NCBI GenBank assembly: GCA_048939765.1
Contig: JBHLPF010000003.1
Coordinates: forward strand, 1 to 64,000
Length of the DNA: 64,000 bases
From: Promethearchaeota archaeon
Lineage (GTDB): Archaea; Asgardarchaeota; Thorarchaeia; Thorarchaeales; Thorarchaeaceae
Direction of reading: 5' to 3'
Shown here: positions 10,148 to 20,584 of the stretch, one piece after another
How positions within the stretch are numbered: the first letter of the stretch is position 1
Layout: each line of letters opens with the position of its first letter
The notes under the pieces: generated by a model
Database searches by the model: none
Told to the model about the DNA's origin: nothing
What the model saw: only the letters and a program-made list of their open reading frames with translations
Position numbers and translations under genes: made by a program

Positions 10148-11548
10148 TCATTCCCAATCAAGAAGTCGCTTCTCGCCTTCTAGACTTCGAATCTCTGTTA
10201 CATCCTGTGAGACCTCCAAGGTCCCAGCGAATTCTCCCTTGTCATCCCTAACGGCATAGTACGAAATTAGAATGAACTTGTCATCAAGTCGAATCCAGAA
10301 CACGGCTTTGTCCTGAGTTCCATCTTTGAAACTGTCCATGATTTTCTGAACCTTGTCATAGCTCTTCTGTGGATGACAGTTGATGACGGCTCTTCCAATA
10401 ACCCCGGGGCTCCTTGGGAAAATTCGGTCGTCGGTGCCCGAGTAGTACTTGACTCTCTCGTCAACTCCAACAAAGGTGAGATCGACAGGAATATGTCTCA
10501 ATAGCAGATCAATCTCTTTCAGCGTCAGACTACCTGTGTTTAGCTTGATTTCTGGCGCTTCAGGCTCCTGATCTGCTTGATGAATATCTAGAGGTGTGAT
10601 TGGCTTCCAGTCATCGCCGGGTTTGAAACCGAAAGCATAGCCGATTTCATCCTCTCCCACTCGAACCTTCACCCAGTCATATTCTGAAAGGTTCTCAAGA
10701 GCCATTGGATAGAGTATGTTTTCCTCTTTGTATATCATGTCTTCAATGGCTGCTAGTACTTCACCAAGATTCGTGCCATATGCCTGACTTAGCATTTCAC
10801 GTATTTCGTCTTGCTTGGCCCACATCACTGTTGAAGGGCCCGTTATCCCAGCTTTCTCAAGAATGGGAAACAGCTGGTTCTGTAGCCGCGTGTAATGAAT
10901 CACTATCTTCTTCAATTCCTCCAAGGAGTTCGAGTCATCCGGATTCTCTTTGAGTATATCTACCAATCTCTGTGCTTCTTTGTTTTCGTTCATGTACGTA
11001 TGGACTGGATGACCAGGAATTGACTCCGGCTTTTCTTGAACATCCAGCGATTCCTTGAAGACCTGCACATGCAAGTCACATAGGGCCGTTACTTGCTGAG
11101 CCGTGAGTTCACCCGAGGAAATCAATGACTGCTCCATCTCTGCAATCTCGGTTGCGCTGACATCTCCAAGTATCTCCTTGAACTGACCCTGGAGTTTCTC
11201 CAGCTCCTTCCCTTCATGCAGTCCCAGAATGAGGTCCTTCAGCCTTCTCTGTCGCTTCCCAAGCTCTTCCTGCCACTCGCCCTTCTCCATGTCTTCCTTG
11301 TCAATGACAACCTTCTCGTTGGCATTCTTCGAGATTGACTCGGACAAAAGTTCGAAAAGCCGATTCAAGGGAACTTCCGACATCTTTGATACATCACTGA
11401 GAGTTGCCCTCTTGCCAATGGTTCTCTGCAAAATTGGATTCTGCAAACGTTTGAGCTTTGGAGAAATCCCAATCAGTGTATCGAAAAGGAAAGGATACTC
11501 CTTTGCCAACTCAAGAATTCTCGTGGTCGCTTTCAGTGTTGTAGCCAT
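10148..11548 (-). CDS. DUF1858/DUF438-hemerythrin-like/PAS domain protein
   Basis: EIAEMEQSL, LCDLH, GHPVHTYMNEN, GPSTVMW, MIYKEENILYP, and a C-terminal PAS-like RIFPRSPGVIGR..NCHP...LEVSQD. Confidence 0.8.
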   Translation of the reverse strand: MATTLKATTRILELAKEYPFLFDTLIGISPKLKRLQNPILQRTIGKRATLSDVSKMSEVPLNRLFELLSESISKNANEKVVIDKEDMEKGEWQEELGKRQRRLKDLILGLHEGKELEKLQGQFKEILGDVSATEIAEMEQSLISSGELTAQQVTALCDLHVQVFKESLDVQEKPESIPGHPVHTYMNENKEAQRLVDILKENPDDSNSLEELKKIVIHYTRLQNQLFPILEKAGITGPSTVMWAKQDEIREMLSQAYGTNLGEVLAAIEDMIYKEENILYPMALENLSEYDWVKVRVGEDEIGYAFGFKPGDDWKPITPLDIHQADQEPEAPEIKLNTGSLTLKEIDLLLRHIPVDLTFVGVDERVKYYSGTDDRIFPRSPGVIGRAVINCHPQKSYDKVQKIMDSFKDGTQDKAVFWIRLDDKFILISYYAVRDDKGEFAGTLEVSQDVTEIRSLEGEKRLLDWE

Positions 11549-11628
11549 ACTGAAACCTCGTTCTCAGCATCCGTGAACAATTGTTAATAAGATGTGTGGT
11601 AGAGAAAGCGAGGTTTGGTACAGAATTA

Positions 11629-12552
11629 TCACACGATTATATTGGCAATCCATTCCTTGAGCTCATTCCGTGCGGGCATGTTTCCCTTCCATTCGGGATC
11701 TTGATAGAATCCTTCATGCCTGATTGTTACGCATTCCTCAATGAATTCCGGTCGATTCTCAGTAATGTCTTCGTGATAGAGGTTCAGTGGGTAGTTATAT
11801 TTTGCAGGCAGTTCCTCTATCTCATTTTGTCCCAATCTTGACAATATGATGCCAGAAAGTACCGCTTGATGCACAAAGATAGCATAGCGCCTGTCCTCGC
11901 GATACAGTCTCTTGAAGACTGGCTCTTGGTATACATTCAGGAATGTGTCACGCCAAGCCTTGAATAGAGATTCCTCAGGTCTAGCAACTAGAACCCCCGC
12001 ATTGAAATAGGGTCGGATTGCTACGTCCTCCACTTGGGTCTTCATGGCAAAGACACGCTGCGGTGGAACATTGCAGAACTCGTAGACAGCAGACCAGAAG
12101 GTATCAAGGGGCTCATCATAATTCAATCCAAGGAGCCTATGGTGAACAGGTCGATAGCCCAAGCTTATGCCGCTTTCCAGAATAAACTTAGTCGGCTCTT
12201 GAAGGACAAGTGTGTTTGGAGCAAGCCATGCAACCAACTCGAACTTCCCTTTAGACCTTGATTCTGCAAGGGTTGCCGCATGAGCATGTCTTGTGAATGG
12301 GAATGAGCTAATTCCTGAGTCCATCTCAAATGAAATGAGTTCAACCCCCAATTCGTCAATCCTGGCCTGCGTCCTTGATGATATTTCATTTCCAGCCTCA
12401 GGCGTATAGCACCAGACCTCTACATTTGAAAGAGAACCGGCAAACGCACGAATGCTTTCCAGTAGCAGTAGTGCATTCGTTTCGGACGAGTAATCAGGGA
12501 AGACAATCGTGGCAATTGCAAGCCTGTTCTTTGAAGGCATATCGGAATTCAA
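11629..12552 (-). CDS. Hypothetical protein, GT8 glycosyltransferase-like fold
   Basis: LLLESIRAF, YFNAGV, QAVLS and LPAKYNYP resemble GT8 motifs, but the DxD position reads APN. Confidence 0.5.
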   Translation of the reverse strand: MNSDMPSKNRLAIATIVFPDYSSETNALLLLESIRAFAGSLSNVEVWCYTPEAGNEISSRTQARIDELGVELISFEMDSGISSFPFTRHAHAATLAESRSKGKFELVAWLAPNTLVLQEPTKFILESGISLGYRPVHHRLLGLNYDEPLDTFWSAVYEFCNVPPQRVFAMKTQVEDVAIRPYFNAGVLVARPEESLFKAWRDTFLNVYQEPVFKRLYREDRRYAIFVHQAVLSGIILSRLGQNEIEELPAKYNYPLNLYHEDITENRPEFIEECVTIRHEGFYQDPEWKGNMPARNELKEWIANIIV

Positions 12553-12588
12553 GTGTCTACCATTACTTAATCCTACGCTCAGCGCAGG

Positions 12589-14409
12589 CTAACGCAGAAG
12601 TCTGTGTCGTGCTCTGAAACGAGCCAAAGCCTGTGGACCATCCCGTCCGAAGCGCCTATCGAGCTCTTTCCTGGTGAACTTGATCATCGATGGTCTCCCA
12701 TGGGCACAATTGTATCTATTAGGTGCCCTGACAAGTTCTACTAAAAGGGACGCTATCTCCTTATGACTGAGGGCTTCTCCAGCTCTGATGGCTGAATGGC
12801 ATGCTATGATCTTGAGGACATTGTCCATGAACTCCTCAGTCCCAGCTAGAATGCCAAGCTCAGCGATTCTATCAACCAGCGAGATTAGTTCCTCCTCGCT
12901 TGCTCGATGGCCGAACACCTCCGGTATTGCCGAAACGAGAACTTCATTCCCCCCAAAGGATTCGATGGAATATCCAAGGGCCTCTAGAGTGTCCTCAGCA
13001 CCGAGAATTGCATCTCTGTCTGCTGTAGTGAGTCGAATGACTATTGGCTCCAACAGCTCTTGAGAAACTATACTTCTGCTCTTCATTTCTTCCTTCAGGC
13101 GTTCGTAGATAATTCTCTCATGAGCTGCATGTTGGTCTACGATGACCAATCCATCATCAAACTCGAGCAGAATGTATAAGTCCTGAATCTGCCCGATTAT
13201 TTTGAAAGCGCCTCTCAGAGGGATTTGGTCTGGTTCCACTGCCTTGTCAATAACCAATTCCTCAAGTGTGACTCTCTCAAAAAGCAGAGGCTCCTCCGAC
13301 AACGTGCGTGCTGAAAATGTGGTTTCATCTTCAGAGTCACCCGCTGAAGCAAGGATTTCTGTAAGAGCCGTTTCTACAAAGTCCTGCAATGGTACTGGTG
13401 CTTCCTTAGGCCTGTCCTTGTCCAAAGCCTCGCGAACTGCAGTCCTTACAGTTTCAACAAGAGAATCGAAATCTTGAATCCTCACTTCTCTCTTGGTCGG
13501 ATGGACATTGGCATCAACTTTGTCTACATCAATACCGATATCGATAGAGCAGACAGGATACCTCCCCTTCATCAGAAGTGAGGAGTAGGCCGATTCTACA
13601 GCTTGATTCAATTTGTCATTATGAATTGGACGCTTTCGAACCGAGAAGTACTGCCTTCCTCTATTGCCTCTTGAAACAGGGGGGAGCGCAATAAAGCCTG
13701 ATACCAGCGTATCATCCGATTTGTGTTGGAACTTAACTAGACTTGTGGCGACATCCGGTCCCCAGAGATGGAGTGCTCTGTCCCTCTCAGTTTGACCAGG
13801 AGGACAATCCAGTACTACTCGCTCATCTCTGATGAGTCTGAATCCTATATCATTTCTGACGATTGCGTGCCTCATCGTGATATCTAGAACTCTCTGACTC
13901 TCTACCCTTGGATATGACAGATGCTTCCGTCGGGCAGGCACATTCTTGAATAGGTTTGTTACCTCCACAGCAGTTCCTCTAGGTCTCGAAGCGTCTTCAA
14001 TACTGGGAATCTCTCCTGCTCGAGAAGAAATCCGTGTCCCAAGTTCATCTCTTTCGTGCTTTGTTACGATGGCCATGTCAGCAACCGCTGCAATGCTTGC
14101 CAATGCCTCTCCTCTGAAGCCATATGTGAGAATTGAATCGATGTCATCCCTAGTGCTTATCTTGCTTGTCGAGTGTCGCAATGTGCATACTGGGCAGTCT
14201 TCTTTCAGGATGCCGACGCCATTGTCTGAAACGGTGATTGATCCAATTCCGCCGTCGGTGATTGATATCTCAATGTTGGTGGCATCTGCATCAAGTGAGT
14301 TCTCTATAAGCTCCTTTACAATTGATGAGGGATTTTCTATGACTTCGCCAGCAGAAATTAGAGAAACAATTTCGTCGCTGAGAACACGTATAATGCCCAC
14401 GGAACCCAC
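12589..14409 (-). CDS. mutL: DNA mismatch repair endonuclease MutL
   Basis: ISAGEVIE..SIVKELIENSLDA, GFRGEALASI, DANVHPTKREV, endonuclease motif DQHAAHERI, and ACH...CAHGRP. Confidence 0.97.
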   Translation of the reverse strand: MGSVGIIRVLSDEIVSLISAGEVIENPSSIVKELIENSLDADATNIEISITDGGIGSITVSDNGVGILKEDCPVCTLRHSTSKISTRDDIDSILTYGFRGEALASIAAVADMAIVTKHERDELGTRISSRAGEIPSIEDASRPRGTAVEVTNLFKNVPARRKHLSYPRVESQRVLDITMRHAIVRNDIGFRLIRDERVVLDCPPGQTERDRALHLWGPDVATSLVKFQHKSDDTLVSGFIALPPVSRGNRGRQYFSVRKRPIHNDKLNQAVESAYSSLLMKGRYPVCSIDIGIDVDKVDANVHPTKREVRIQDFDSLVETVRTAVREALDKDRPKEAPVPLQDFVETALTEILASAGDSEDETTFSARTLSEEPLLFERVTLEELVIDKAVEPDQIPLRGAFKIIGQIQDLYILLEFDDGLVIVDQHAAHERIIYERLKEEMKSRSIVSQELLEPIVIRLTTADRDAILGAEDTLEALGYSIESFGGNEVLVSAIPEVFGHRASEEELISLVDRIAELGILAGTEEFMDNVLKIIACHSAIRAGEALSHKEIASLLVELVRAPNRYNCAHGRPSMIKFTRKELDRRFGRDGPQALARFRARHRLLR

Positions 14410-14410
14410 C

Positions 14411-15964
14411 TCAGGTCCCTAGTGCGGTGTATTCAACTATACCGCCGACTATCGTCAATTCCACTACAATGTCCTTTATCTTCTCGGGTTGAACATTGAG
14501 AATGTCATCTGACAGTACTGCGAAGTCTGCTCTTTTCCCCACAGCAAGGCTTCCCACTGTTCTATCCATGTAGGATGCGTAAGCAGCCTCAAGGGTATAG
14601 CATCTAAGTGCTTCTTCTACAGTGAGTCTGACACGGTCATTTGGATGAGTGGTGGCTGCCCAGATCCCGTATAGGGGCCCATACGGCATTCCATCACTTC
14701 CAAATGCAAGGCGAGCTCCATTATCGAGTGCGACCCTAAACATATTCATACCGCGGACCATTTCATCATCAAGTCTATTCTCGTAGAGTCCGCCTTCAAG
14801 CTGCCATTTTGCCACAAAATTCGGCTGCATTGAGAGAATAAGGCCAAGGCCCACTGCTCGTCGAATCTGCCACTCGTTGATAATCTCCGCGTGTTCAATC
14901 CGATGCCTCTGCTCTCGAATCTTAGACTTGTCCTTCAATTCCTCAAAAGCAGTTATCACCATCTCAATAGCGGCATCACCGATGGCGTGCGTCACCGTCT
15001 GTATGTTGTTCTTGATGGCCTTCTTTATGATCCTTGAATATTCCTTTTTGTCCATTAGAAGTATGCCGTTGTTTCCTTTGTTTCCCTTGTACTCCTTGGA
15101 CAAATAGGCAGTGGCTGCGCCTATAGAGCCATCAGTGAAAATCTTGACTCCCCCAATTCTCACCATAGGACTTCCCATCCCAGATGAGAGGCCCAACCTA
15201 ATCATATCATTCATCTGTTCAATTGGAGGATTGAAAACGGTTCTTACAGTGAGTCTCTCACTACGTTCAATCTCGCGTAGATGACGGAGAGTTCCAGCTG
15301 CTGCATTGTCCACTATGGTTGTGATTCCAAGCTCATTGGCAATTTTGTTTCCTGCAATGATGCCCTGTTGAATCTCCTCATTGGTTTTAGGAATCTTCTC
15401 ATGAATCCCCTCAATGTCCTTGAGGACTCCAGTGGGATTTCCCTTTTTATCTTTCATGACACCTTCCTGGTTGGCTGGAATCTTCAGTTTCTCGAAGCCA
15501 AGAGTGTTGGTAGACACCAGATGCCCGTCGATTCTGGTGGCAAAGATGGGGTATGTTTTCGATACCTTATCCAAGTCTCTGGCATTGAGGTACCGCCTCT
15601 TCGGCCATTGGCTCTCATCCCATCCGAATGCAATCACCCAGTCACCTTCTTTGTAGACAGGCAGTGAATCTCTCAATATCTGAACCACATCTTCTACTGA
15701 TGTTGCATCATGGAGATGCACGTGATTTGATTTGTATCCATCACTGGTGAAATGTGTGTGCGCATCAACAAAACCGGGAACCACTGTCTTTCCGCCAAGA
15801 TCGATGACTCTTCTCGCACTAGGCACCAGATCCGCGATGAGATCTTCGTCGCCAATCGCAAGTATTTTGTAGCTCTTCACAGCCAGAGCGGTAGCCTTTG
15901 GGTTGTGTGGATCCATTGTTATGATATTGCCATTGAAGACAACAAGGTCTGCCTCTAATTCCAA
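14411..15964 (-). CDS. Amidohydrolase family 3 (YtcJ-like)
   Basis: PGFVDAHTH, KIFTDGSIG, HAIGD, RIEHAE, FGSD and GKRADF. Confidence 0.9.
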   Translation of the reverse strand: MELEADLVVFNGNIITMDPHNPKATALAVKSYKILAIGDEDLIADLVPSARRVIDLGGKTVVPGFVDAHTHFTSDGYKSNHVHLHDATSVEDVVQILRDSLPVYKEGDWVIAFGWDESQWPKRRYLNARDLDKVSKTYPIFATRIDGHLVSTNTLGFEKLKIPANQEGVMKDKKGNPTGVLKDIEGIHEKIPKTNEEIQQGIIAGNKIANELGITTIVDNAAAGTLRHLREIERSERLTVRTVFNPPIEQMNDMIRLGLSSGMGSPMVRIGGVKIFTDGSIGAATAYLSKEYKGNKGNNGILLMDKKEYSRIIKKAIKNNIQTVTHAIGDAAIEMVITAFEELKDKSKIREQRHRIEHAEIINEWQIRRAVGLGLILSMQPNFVAKWQLEGGLYENRLDDEMVRGMNMFRVALDNGARLAFGSDGMPYGPLYGIWAATTHPNDRVRLTVEEALRCYTLEAAYASYMDRTVGSLAVGKRADFAVLSDDILNVQPEKIKDIVVELTIVGGIVEYTALGT

Positions 15965-16074
15965 AGATTGGTGCCTCCCATTAATGACGGATTTTAAACC
16001 TCCAATATATCTTGCTCTTCTTGGGGTGCCCGCCCAGATTTACCTGCGGTCATTGATTACTCTTTGCCCTACAT

Positions 16075-16722
16075 CTACTTCTTAGGGACCTTCTCCCAAT
16101 CAGCAAGAAATCTCTCAATACCAATGTCTGTCAATGGATGTCTAACCATCTTGTCAAGGACCGCAGGAGGTATGGTAGCAATGTCTGCTCCTAGCAGAGC
16201 TGCTTCATAGACATGGATTGGGTGCCTGATGCTGGCGACAATGACTTCTGTGTCAAAAGCGTAGTTTGAATAGATCTGCACGATGGCTTCAATGAGATCC
16301 ATTCCAGTGTGCCCTATATCATCTAGTCTGCCGATGAAGGGTGAAACGAATGTTGCACCTGCCTTGGCAGCCAGAATGGCCTGGTTTGCGCTGAAGCACA
16401 GAGTGACATTGGTTTTGATACCTTCGTCTGCGCATACCTTGGTGGCTTTGAGACCTTCCCAAGTGAGAGGCACCTTGATTGCGGCGTTATCTATCCAGCT
16501 ATTGAGTTCTCTAGCCTCCTTGATCATTCCTTCTGCGTCTTCACTCACGACTTCCAAGCTTATGGGGCCTTCAACAAAGGAAGCAATCTCATCAACGATT
16601 TTTCTAAAGTCCTTGCCTTCCTTCGCAACAAGTGAAGGATTGGTTGTCACACCATCCACCATTCCCCGCTCGTGGGCTTTGCGTATTGCATCAACATTGG
16701 CTGTATCGATGAAGAACTTCAA
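16075..16722 (-). CDS. tal: Transaldolase (short, FSA/Tal family)
   Basis: [13 protein letters not shown], Schiff-base Lys in AIKVP, NVTLCFS. Glu in SLEVV and Phe in SPFIGR favour transaldolase over FSA. Confidence 0.9.
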   Translation of the reverse strand: MKFFIDTANVDAIRKAHERGMVDGVTTNPSLVAKEGKDFRKIVDEIASFVEGPISLEVVSEDAEGMIKEARELNSWIDNAAIKVPLTWEGLKATKVCADEGIKTNVTLCFSANQAILAAKAGATFVSPFIGRLDDIGHTGMDLIEAIVQIYSNYAFDTEVIVASIRHPIHVYEAALLGADIATIPPAVLDKMVRHPLTDIGIERFLADWEKVPKK

Positions 16723-16790
16723 CTGTAATCATCTCCTATCTTTGGAGTTACTGCTGGGATGAACTACCACAGTCGATTAAAACGGTTCGG

Positions 16791-17453
16791 TCAGGCAGTA
16801 TCCAGCAGCGCCTTGAGCTTTCTCACTTCTTGCTCAATGTCATCAGCCTTGAACACTGCCGATCCAGCAACGAAGAAGTCGGCACCAGCCCTGTGAATGC
16901 CTGCTATGTTGTCCCTTTTCACCCCTCCATCTATTGCAATGCGAACTTCTGGCTTATGTTCGTCAAGCAAAGCTCTCAACTCAGTTATCTTTCCTGTGAC
17001 TGGCTCGATGTAAGACTGTCCTCCAAATCCAGGGCACACACTCATGAGCAGAACCGAGTCAAGTAGGTCTAGGAGCGGCATGACATGAGAGACTGGTGTG
17101 CCGGGATTCAGAGTAATACCTGCTTTGCCTCCTAGATCCTTGATTAGCTGCACTGCCCTATAGATGTCATAAGCGCCTTCTATGTGGGGGTAAATGAGCT
17201 CCACGCCAGCATCGAGAAATTTCGGAATATACTCGCGCGGCTTTGTTATCATGAGATGAGCATCCAGTGGGACATCTGTTATACGTTTCATCGTCTTTGC
17301 TATCATTGGCCCATATGATATATTGGGAACGAAGTGGCCATCCATTATATCCAGGTGGAAGTAGTCTGCCCCTCCCTTCTCGGCAGCTTTGATATCCCTC
17401 TCTAAGTTTGCAAAGTCCGCAGATAGTATTGACGGTGCTAACAGCGGTTTCAT
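16791..17453 (-). CDS. rpe: Ribulose-phosphate 3-epimerase
   Basis: APSILSADF, HLDIMDGHFVPN, DAHLM, MSVCPGFGGQ and IDGG. Likely start is MKPLLAPS, although the ORF track extends to 17519. Confidence 0.95.
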   Translation of the reverse strand: MKPLLAPSILSADFANLERDIKAAEKGGADYFHLDIMDGHFVPNISYGPMIAKTMKRITDVPLDAHLMITKPREYIPKFLDAGVELIYPHIEGAYDIYRAVQLIKDLGGKAGITLNPGTPVSHVMPLLDLLDSVLLMSVCPGFGGQSYIEPVTGKITELRALLDEHKPEVRIAIDGGVKRDNIAGIHRAGADFFVAGSAVFKADDIEQEVRKLKALLDTA

Positions 17454-17553
17454 AGTCCATTCATCCAGTGATGACAGACGCTGCATGAATGCAGAGTCAA
17501 TGGACTGGCCTGAGTCCACGTATTTTAAGCTTCGCCAAGTGCACCTAAGCTAA

Positions 17554-19197
17554 TCAGTCCTTCAATAGATTCGGCACTTGGATTCGAACCAGGACAAGCT
17601 CTACTACCATCACCAGAACCTGAGTGGCCAAACTGATAATGTGATTCCCTGTGAGGATAATTGCTACACCATACCCCACTAATGGCACAATCCCGATTAA
17701 TGCTCCCATGATTGCAGCAAGAAAGGTCATGCCAGAGTCTGCCACCACACTTATGGACACAGCGCGACCGCCACCTCGTTTCCAATAGGTGAAAGTGCCT
17801 ACAGCTAGTGCGACGGTATATCCACAAGGAATCTGAACCAATGGAATAAGAGGTATCAAAGGTGATGTCAATGGAAACAATGACAGGAGAGCAGAGATCA
17901 ATATCATTGATCCCACATAAGGAAACAAAGCCATTGCAACTTTGGCATTCAGCATCTTCCTTGATCTGATGGGAAGTCCGGCCTGAATCGATGCCCCTTG
18001 AGTGTCAAACATCATGACAGAGATAATCGTTATCCCGGCAAAGAAGTTGCCGTATTCGACGGAGATGAGAGCTGTGAGACTTCGTAGTGCCTCTGACTCA
18101 GACCAGCCTGCCATCATTGGATAGAGGAAGACAGCCAGGAATAGCGGGATGATGAATATGAACGAAGAACCGATATTTCGTGTTGCTAGTTTGAGATCCT
18201 TGTTGATGATTGACCGCAGAATTGTCTTTGTTTTCAGAGTGATTTCACGCAGCTCAAGAGTCCTTTTAGCTGATACTCCTCCTACTGTGACCTGTTGAAG
18301 CGCACTACCTGTTCGCTGATAAGACATGATTGCCAGCACAGCATATAGACCTGAAGCCCCTAGAGCTGTAAGAATAGTGGCATAGGGGAGCGCAAGACCG
18401 AACTGCACTGCAGATGCTAAGAATCCAAAAGAGAATGGAAATAGCAAGGCTAGAAATGATGATCCTTGAGTGCCCATTCCAGTAGATAACTCAGCAATGA
18501 AATGAATCAGAGAGGGAAGCCAGCTACCCATGCTAAAAGCAACTACCATGCCAAGTGCAAGTCCTATTGATGCTGACACTCTGACGAGCGTATTCATTCT
18601 TGAACCATCGACCTGAAGAGACTGCCTTCGAAACCAAATGGCGAGCTTTGTTAATGCCCCTAATGCGAGTGACACAGTTGCAGCGCATCCAGCAAGTGCC
18701 ACAAGAGCAGGACCTAGTCCTATTGCGAGAAGCGTGATCACTGGAAATATAGTGAGAATCAAAATTGTAGGTGCGATGAACACTCTGATGAAGGCAAGTA
18801 ATGATAACTCATCGAGGTCACTCTTGCTTAATGGTAGCGTTGCAGGGAAACTGATAACGTCAGCAGTGAAGAAGCCAGTGGTCACAGACAGATTGAGGAA
18901 TATCAACAATACAAAGCTGAGAACTAGGAATATCGAGAGTCCCACTGCCAACCTTGTTTCGGGAACACCAATGCTGTCATCTACAAAGGCCATAGCTGCA
19001 GTTAACACGGCTAGCGAGAACACGAGAGCAGTTGTTATGAACGTACTGAATCGGCTGCTAGACTTGATACTTCGAGCGATTTTCTCCGGATTCTCTTTTA
19101 CACGCGCAAGGTTCGATGGATTCATCTCCAGATAGCCTTTGAACCTCACCTCTCCCGATATGATTCCTGCAAGTTTCCATCGCTCTGAGAATTTCAC
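17554..19197 (-). CDS. Putative ABC exporter permease (multi-TM)
   Basis: About 12 hydrophobic segments, 'INKDLKLATRN' motif, and directly downstream of an ABC ATPase gene. Confidence 0.7.
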   Translation of the reverse strand: MKFSERWKLAGIISGEVRFKGYLEMNPSNLARVKENPEKIARSIKSSSRFSTFITTALVFSLAVLTAAMAFVDDSIGVPETRLAVGLSIFLVLSFVLLIFLNLSVTTGFFTADVISFPATLPLSKSDLDELSLLAFIRVFIAPTILILTIFPVITLLAIGLGPALVALAGCAATVSLALGALTKLAIWFRRQSLQVDGSRMNTLVRVSASIGLALGMVVAFSMGSWLPSLIHFIAELSTGMGTQGSSFLALLFPFSFGFLASAVQFGLALPYATILTALGASGLYAVLAIMSYQRTGSALQQVTVGGVSAKRTLELREITLKTKTILRSIINKDLKLATRNIGSSFIFIIPLFLAVFLYPMMAGWSESEALRSLTALISVEYGNFFAGITIISVMMFDTQGASIQAGLPIRSRKMLNAKVAMALFPYVGSMILISALLSLFPLTSPLIPLIPLVQIPCGYTVALAVGTFTYWKRGGGRAVSISVVADSGMTFLAAIMGALIGIVPLVGYGVAIILTGNHIISLATQVLVMVVELVLVRIQVPNLLKD

Positions 19198-19976
19198 TAT
19201 GCAAGTGCCTCCCTGAGTTGGTCGATACCCTCACGTACCTCATCTTCCTGCTCAGTCAAGGCCAAGAAGACTTTCTCCAGAGTTGCACCCTCTCTCTGTG
19301 AAACACCTCGTAGCTCTTCAATTGTGCCGACAGCAACTAGTTCGCCTTCATCAAGGATTCCTACTCGGTCGCACATTGCCTCAGCTACTTCCATGATGTG
19401 TGTGCTCAAAAGGACAGAGCCCCCATTCTCAGTATGAATCTTGATAACATCCTTCATAATCGAAGCTGTACGCACATCAAGCCCTGAGAATGGCTCATCA
19501 AGGATTAAGAGCCTAGGTTTGTGAAGTAGCGCTGCGATGAGCATCGCCTTCTGCTTATTTCCCTGCGATAAGGTCACAACCATCGCATCATAATACTTCT
19601 CAAAATCAAGAGCATGCACAAATTCCTTTACTCGCTTGCTAGCTTTCTCTTCTGGAATTTCTCTAACTGAAGCTATAAACTCGAACATCTCTCTGGGTGT
19701 CAGGGACTCGTAGAGCTGCTGTTCCTCAGGCACATACCCAACAATTCGCTTCACACCAATAGGATCTTCGCTGGAACTGATTCCAAAGACTTCTGATGAG
19801 CCAGAGTCTGCATCCAATAGTCCCATCAAAACTTTGATTGCTGTGGTTTTTCCAGCTCCATTTGGTCCTAGGATTCCAAAGATCTCCCCTTCTTTAACTT
19901 CAAATGAAACATCATTTACAGCTATTAGTTCTCCAAAGGATTTCACAATATTTCTCATGCTCACTGCATTACTCAT
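19197..19976 (-). CDS. ABC transporter ATP-binding protein (ABC-2 type)
   Basis: GPNGAGKTT, LSQGNKQK, LILDEPFSGLD and STH. Likely start is MSNAVS (ORF track extends to 20003). Confidence 0.92.
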   Translation of the reverse strand: MSNAVSMRNIVKSFGELIAVNDVSFEVKEGEIFGILGPNGAGKTTAIKVLMGLLDADSGSSEVFGISSSEDPIGVKRIVGYVPEEQQLYESLTPREMFEFIASVREIPEEKASKRVKEFVHALDFEKYYDAMVVTLSQGNKQKAMLIAALLHKPRLLILDEPFSGLDVRTASIMKDVIKIHTENGGSVLLSTHIMEVAEAMCDRVGILDEGELVAVGTIEELRGVSQREGATLEKVFLALTEQEDEVREGIDQLREALA

Positions 19977-20433
19977 TTTGACTTTCGTCTCCAATTTCCA
20001 CATCTTTATTTTCTCGACCTCTTAGGTGCACTCTTCTCTTCACTATTGACCAATAGGCATAGAAAAGAATCCAAGCGGTGGTGGGGATAAGCACCAGAAG
20101 AAAGAACTCGGGTATTGCAAACCACATGTAGAGATTCATCACAACGTATACGCATATATTGCTGAAGAGAGCTCTTCTTTGCCACCCTTTTCGCGAAACA
20201 ACATTCACTGCATATAATGCAGCAAAGCCTGCTTGATTGAGAGTGTAAAGACCATCACTGTCCCTCTCTACAATGGGTGCCATCTTCTTGAGATGAAAAT
20301 CCAAGAGTCCACTACTTGTTATCCGCAGTTCCCTCTTGAGGTCTGCAAATCCCATAGGCTTCCTTGAGAGAGTCTTGAGAATGTCTATTCTCAATGGGTG
20401 AGAGATTGCCTCAAACACTTCATCCGAGCTCAT
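19969..20433 (-). CDS. ArsR-like winged HTH regulator with two C-terminal TM helices
   Basis: FEAISHPLRIDIL...FADLKRELRITSSGLLDFHLKK followed by two hydrophobic segments. Confidence 0.8.
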   Translation of the reverse strand: MSSDEVFEAISHPLRIDILKTLSRKPMGFADLKRELRITSSGLLDFHLKKMAPIVERDSDGLYTLNQAGFAALYAVNVVSRKGWQRRALFSNICVYVVMNLYMWFAIPEFFLLVLIPTTAWILFYAYWSIVKRRVHLRGRENKDVEIGDESQNE

Positions 20434-20480
20434 TTATCATCACGTATGACTTGACAAAGTTGCATATTATTCTATCAACA

Positions 20481-20496
20481 TTGACCAGCAAGTCAA
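20481..20496. promoter_or_regulatory. Candidate operator TTGAC-N6-GTCAA upstream of the ArsR-like gene
   Basis: Perfect 5-bp inverted repeat, with further TTGAC half-sites at 20451 and 20503. Confidence 0.45.
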
Positions 20497-20584
20497 GAAG
20501 CATTGACCACGCTTGTTACATTTTCTCAAATGGGAATATAACCTAATGCACCAACGCAAGTGATTGTGTAGGTTGAATTGGTGC

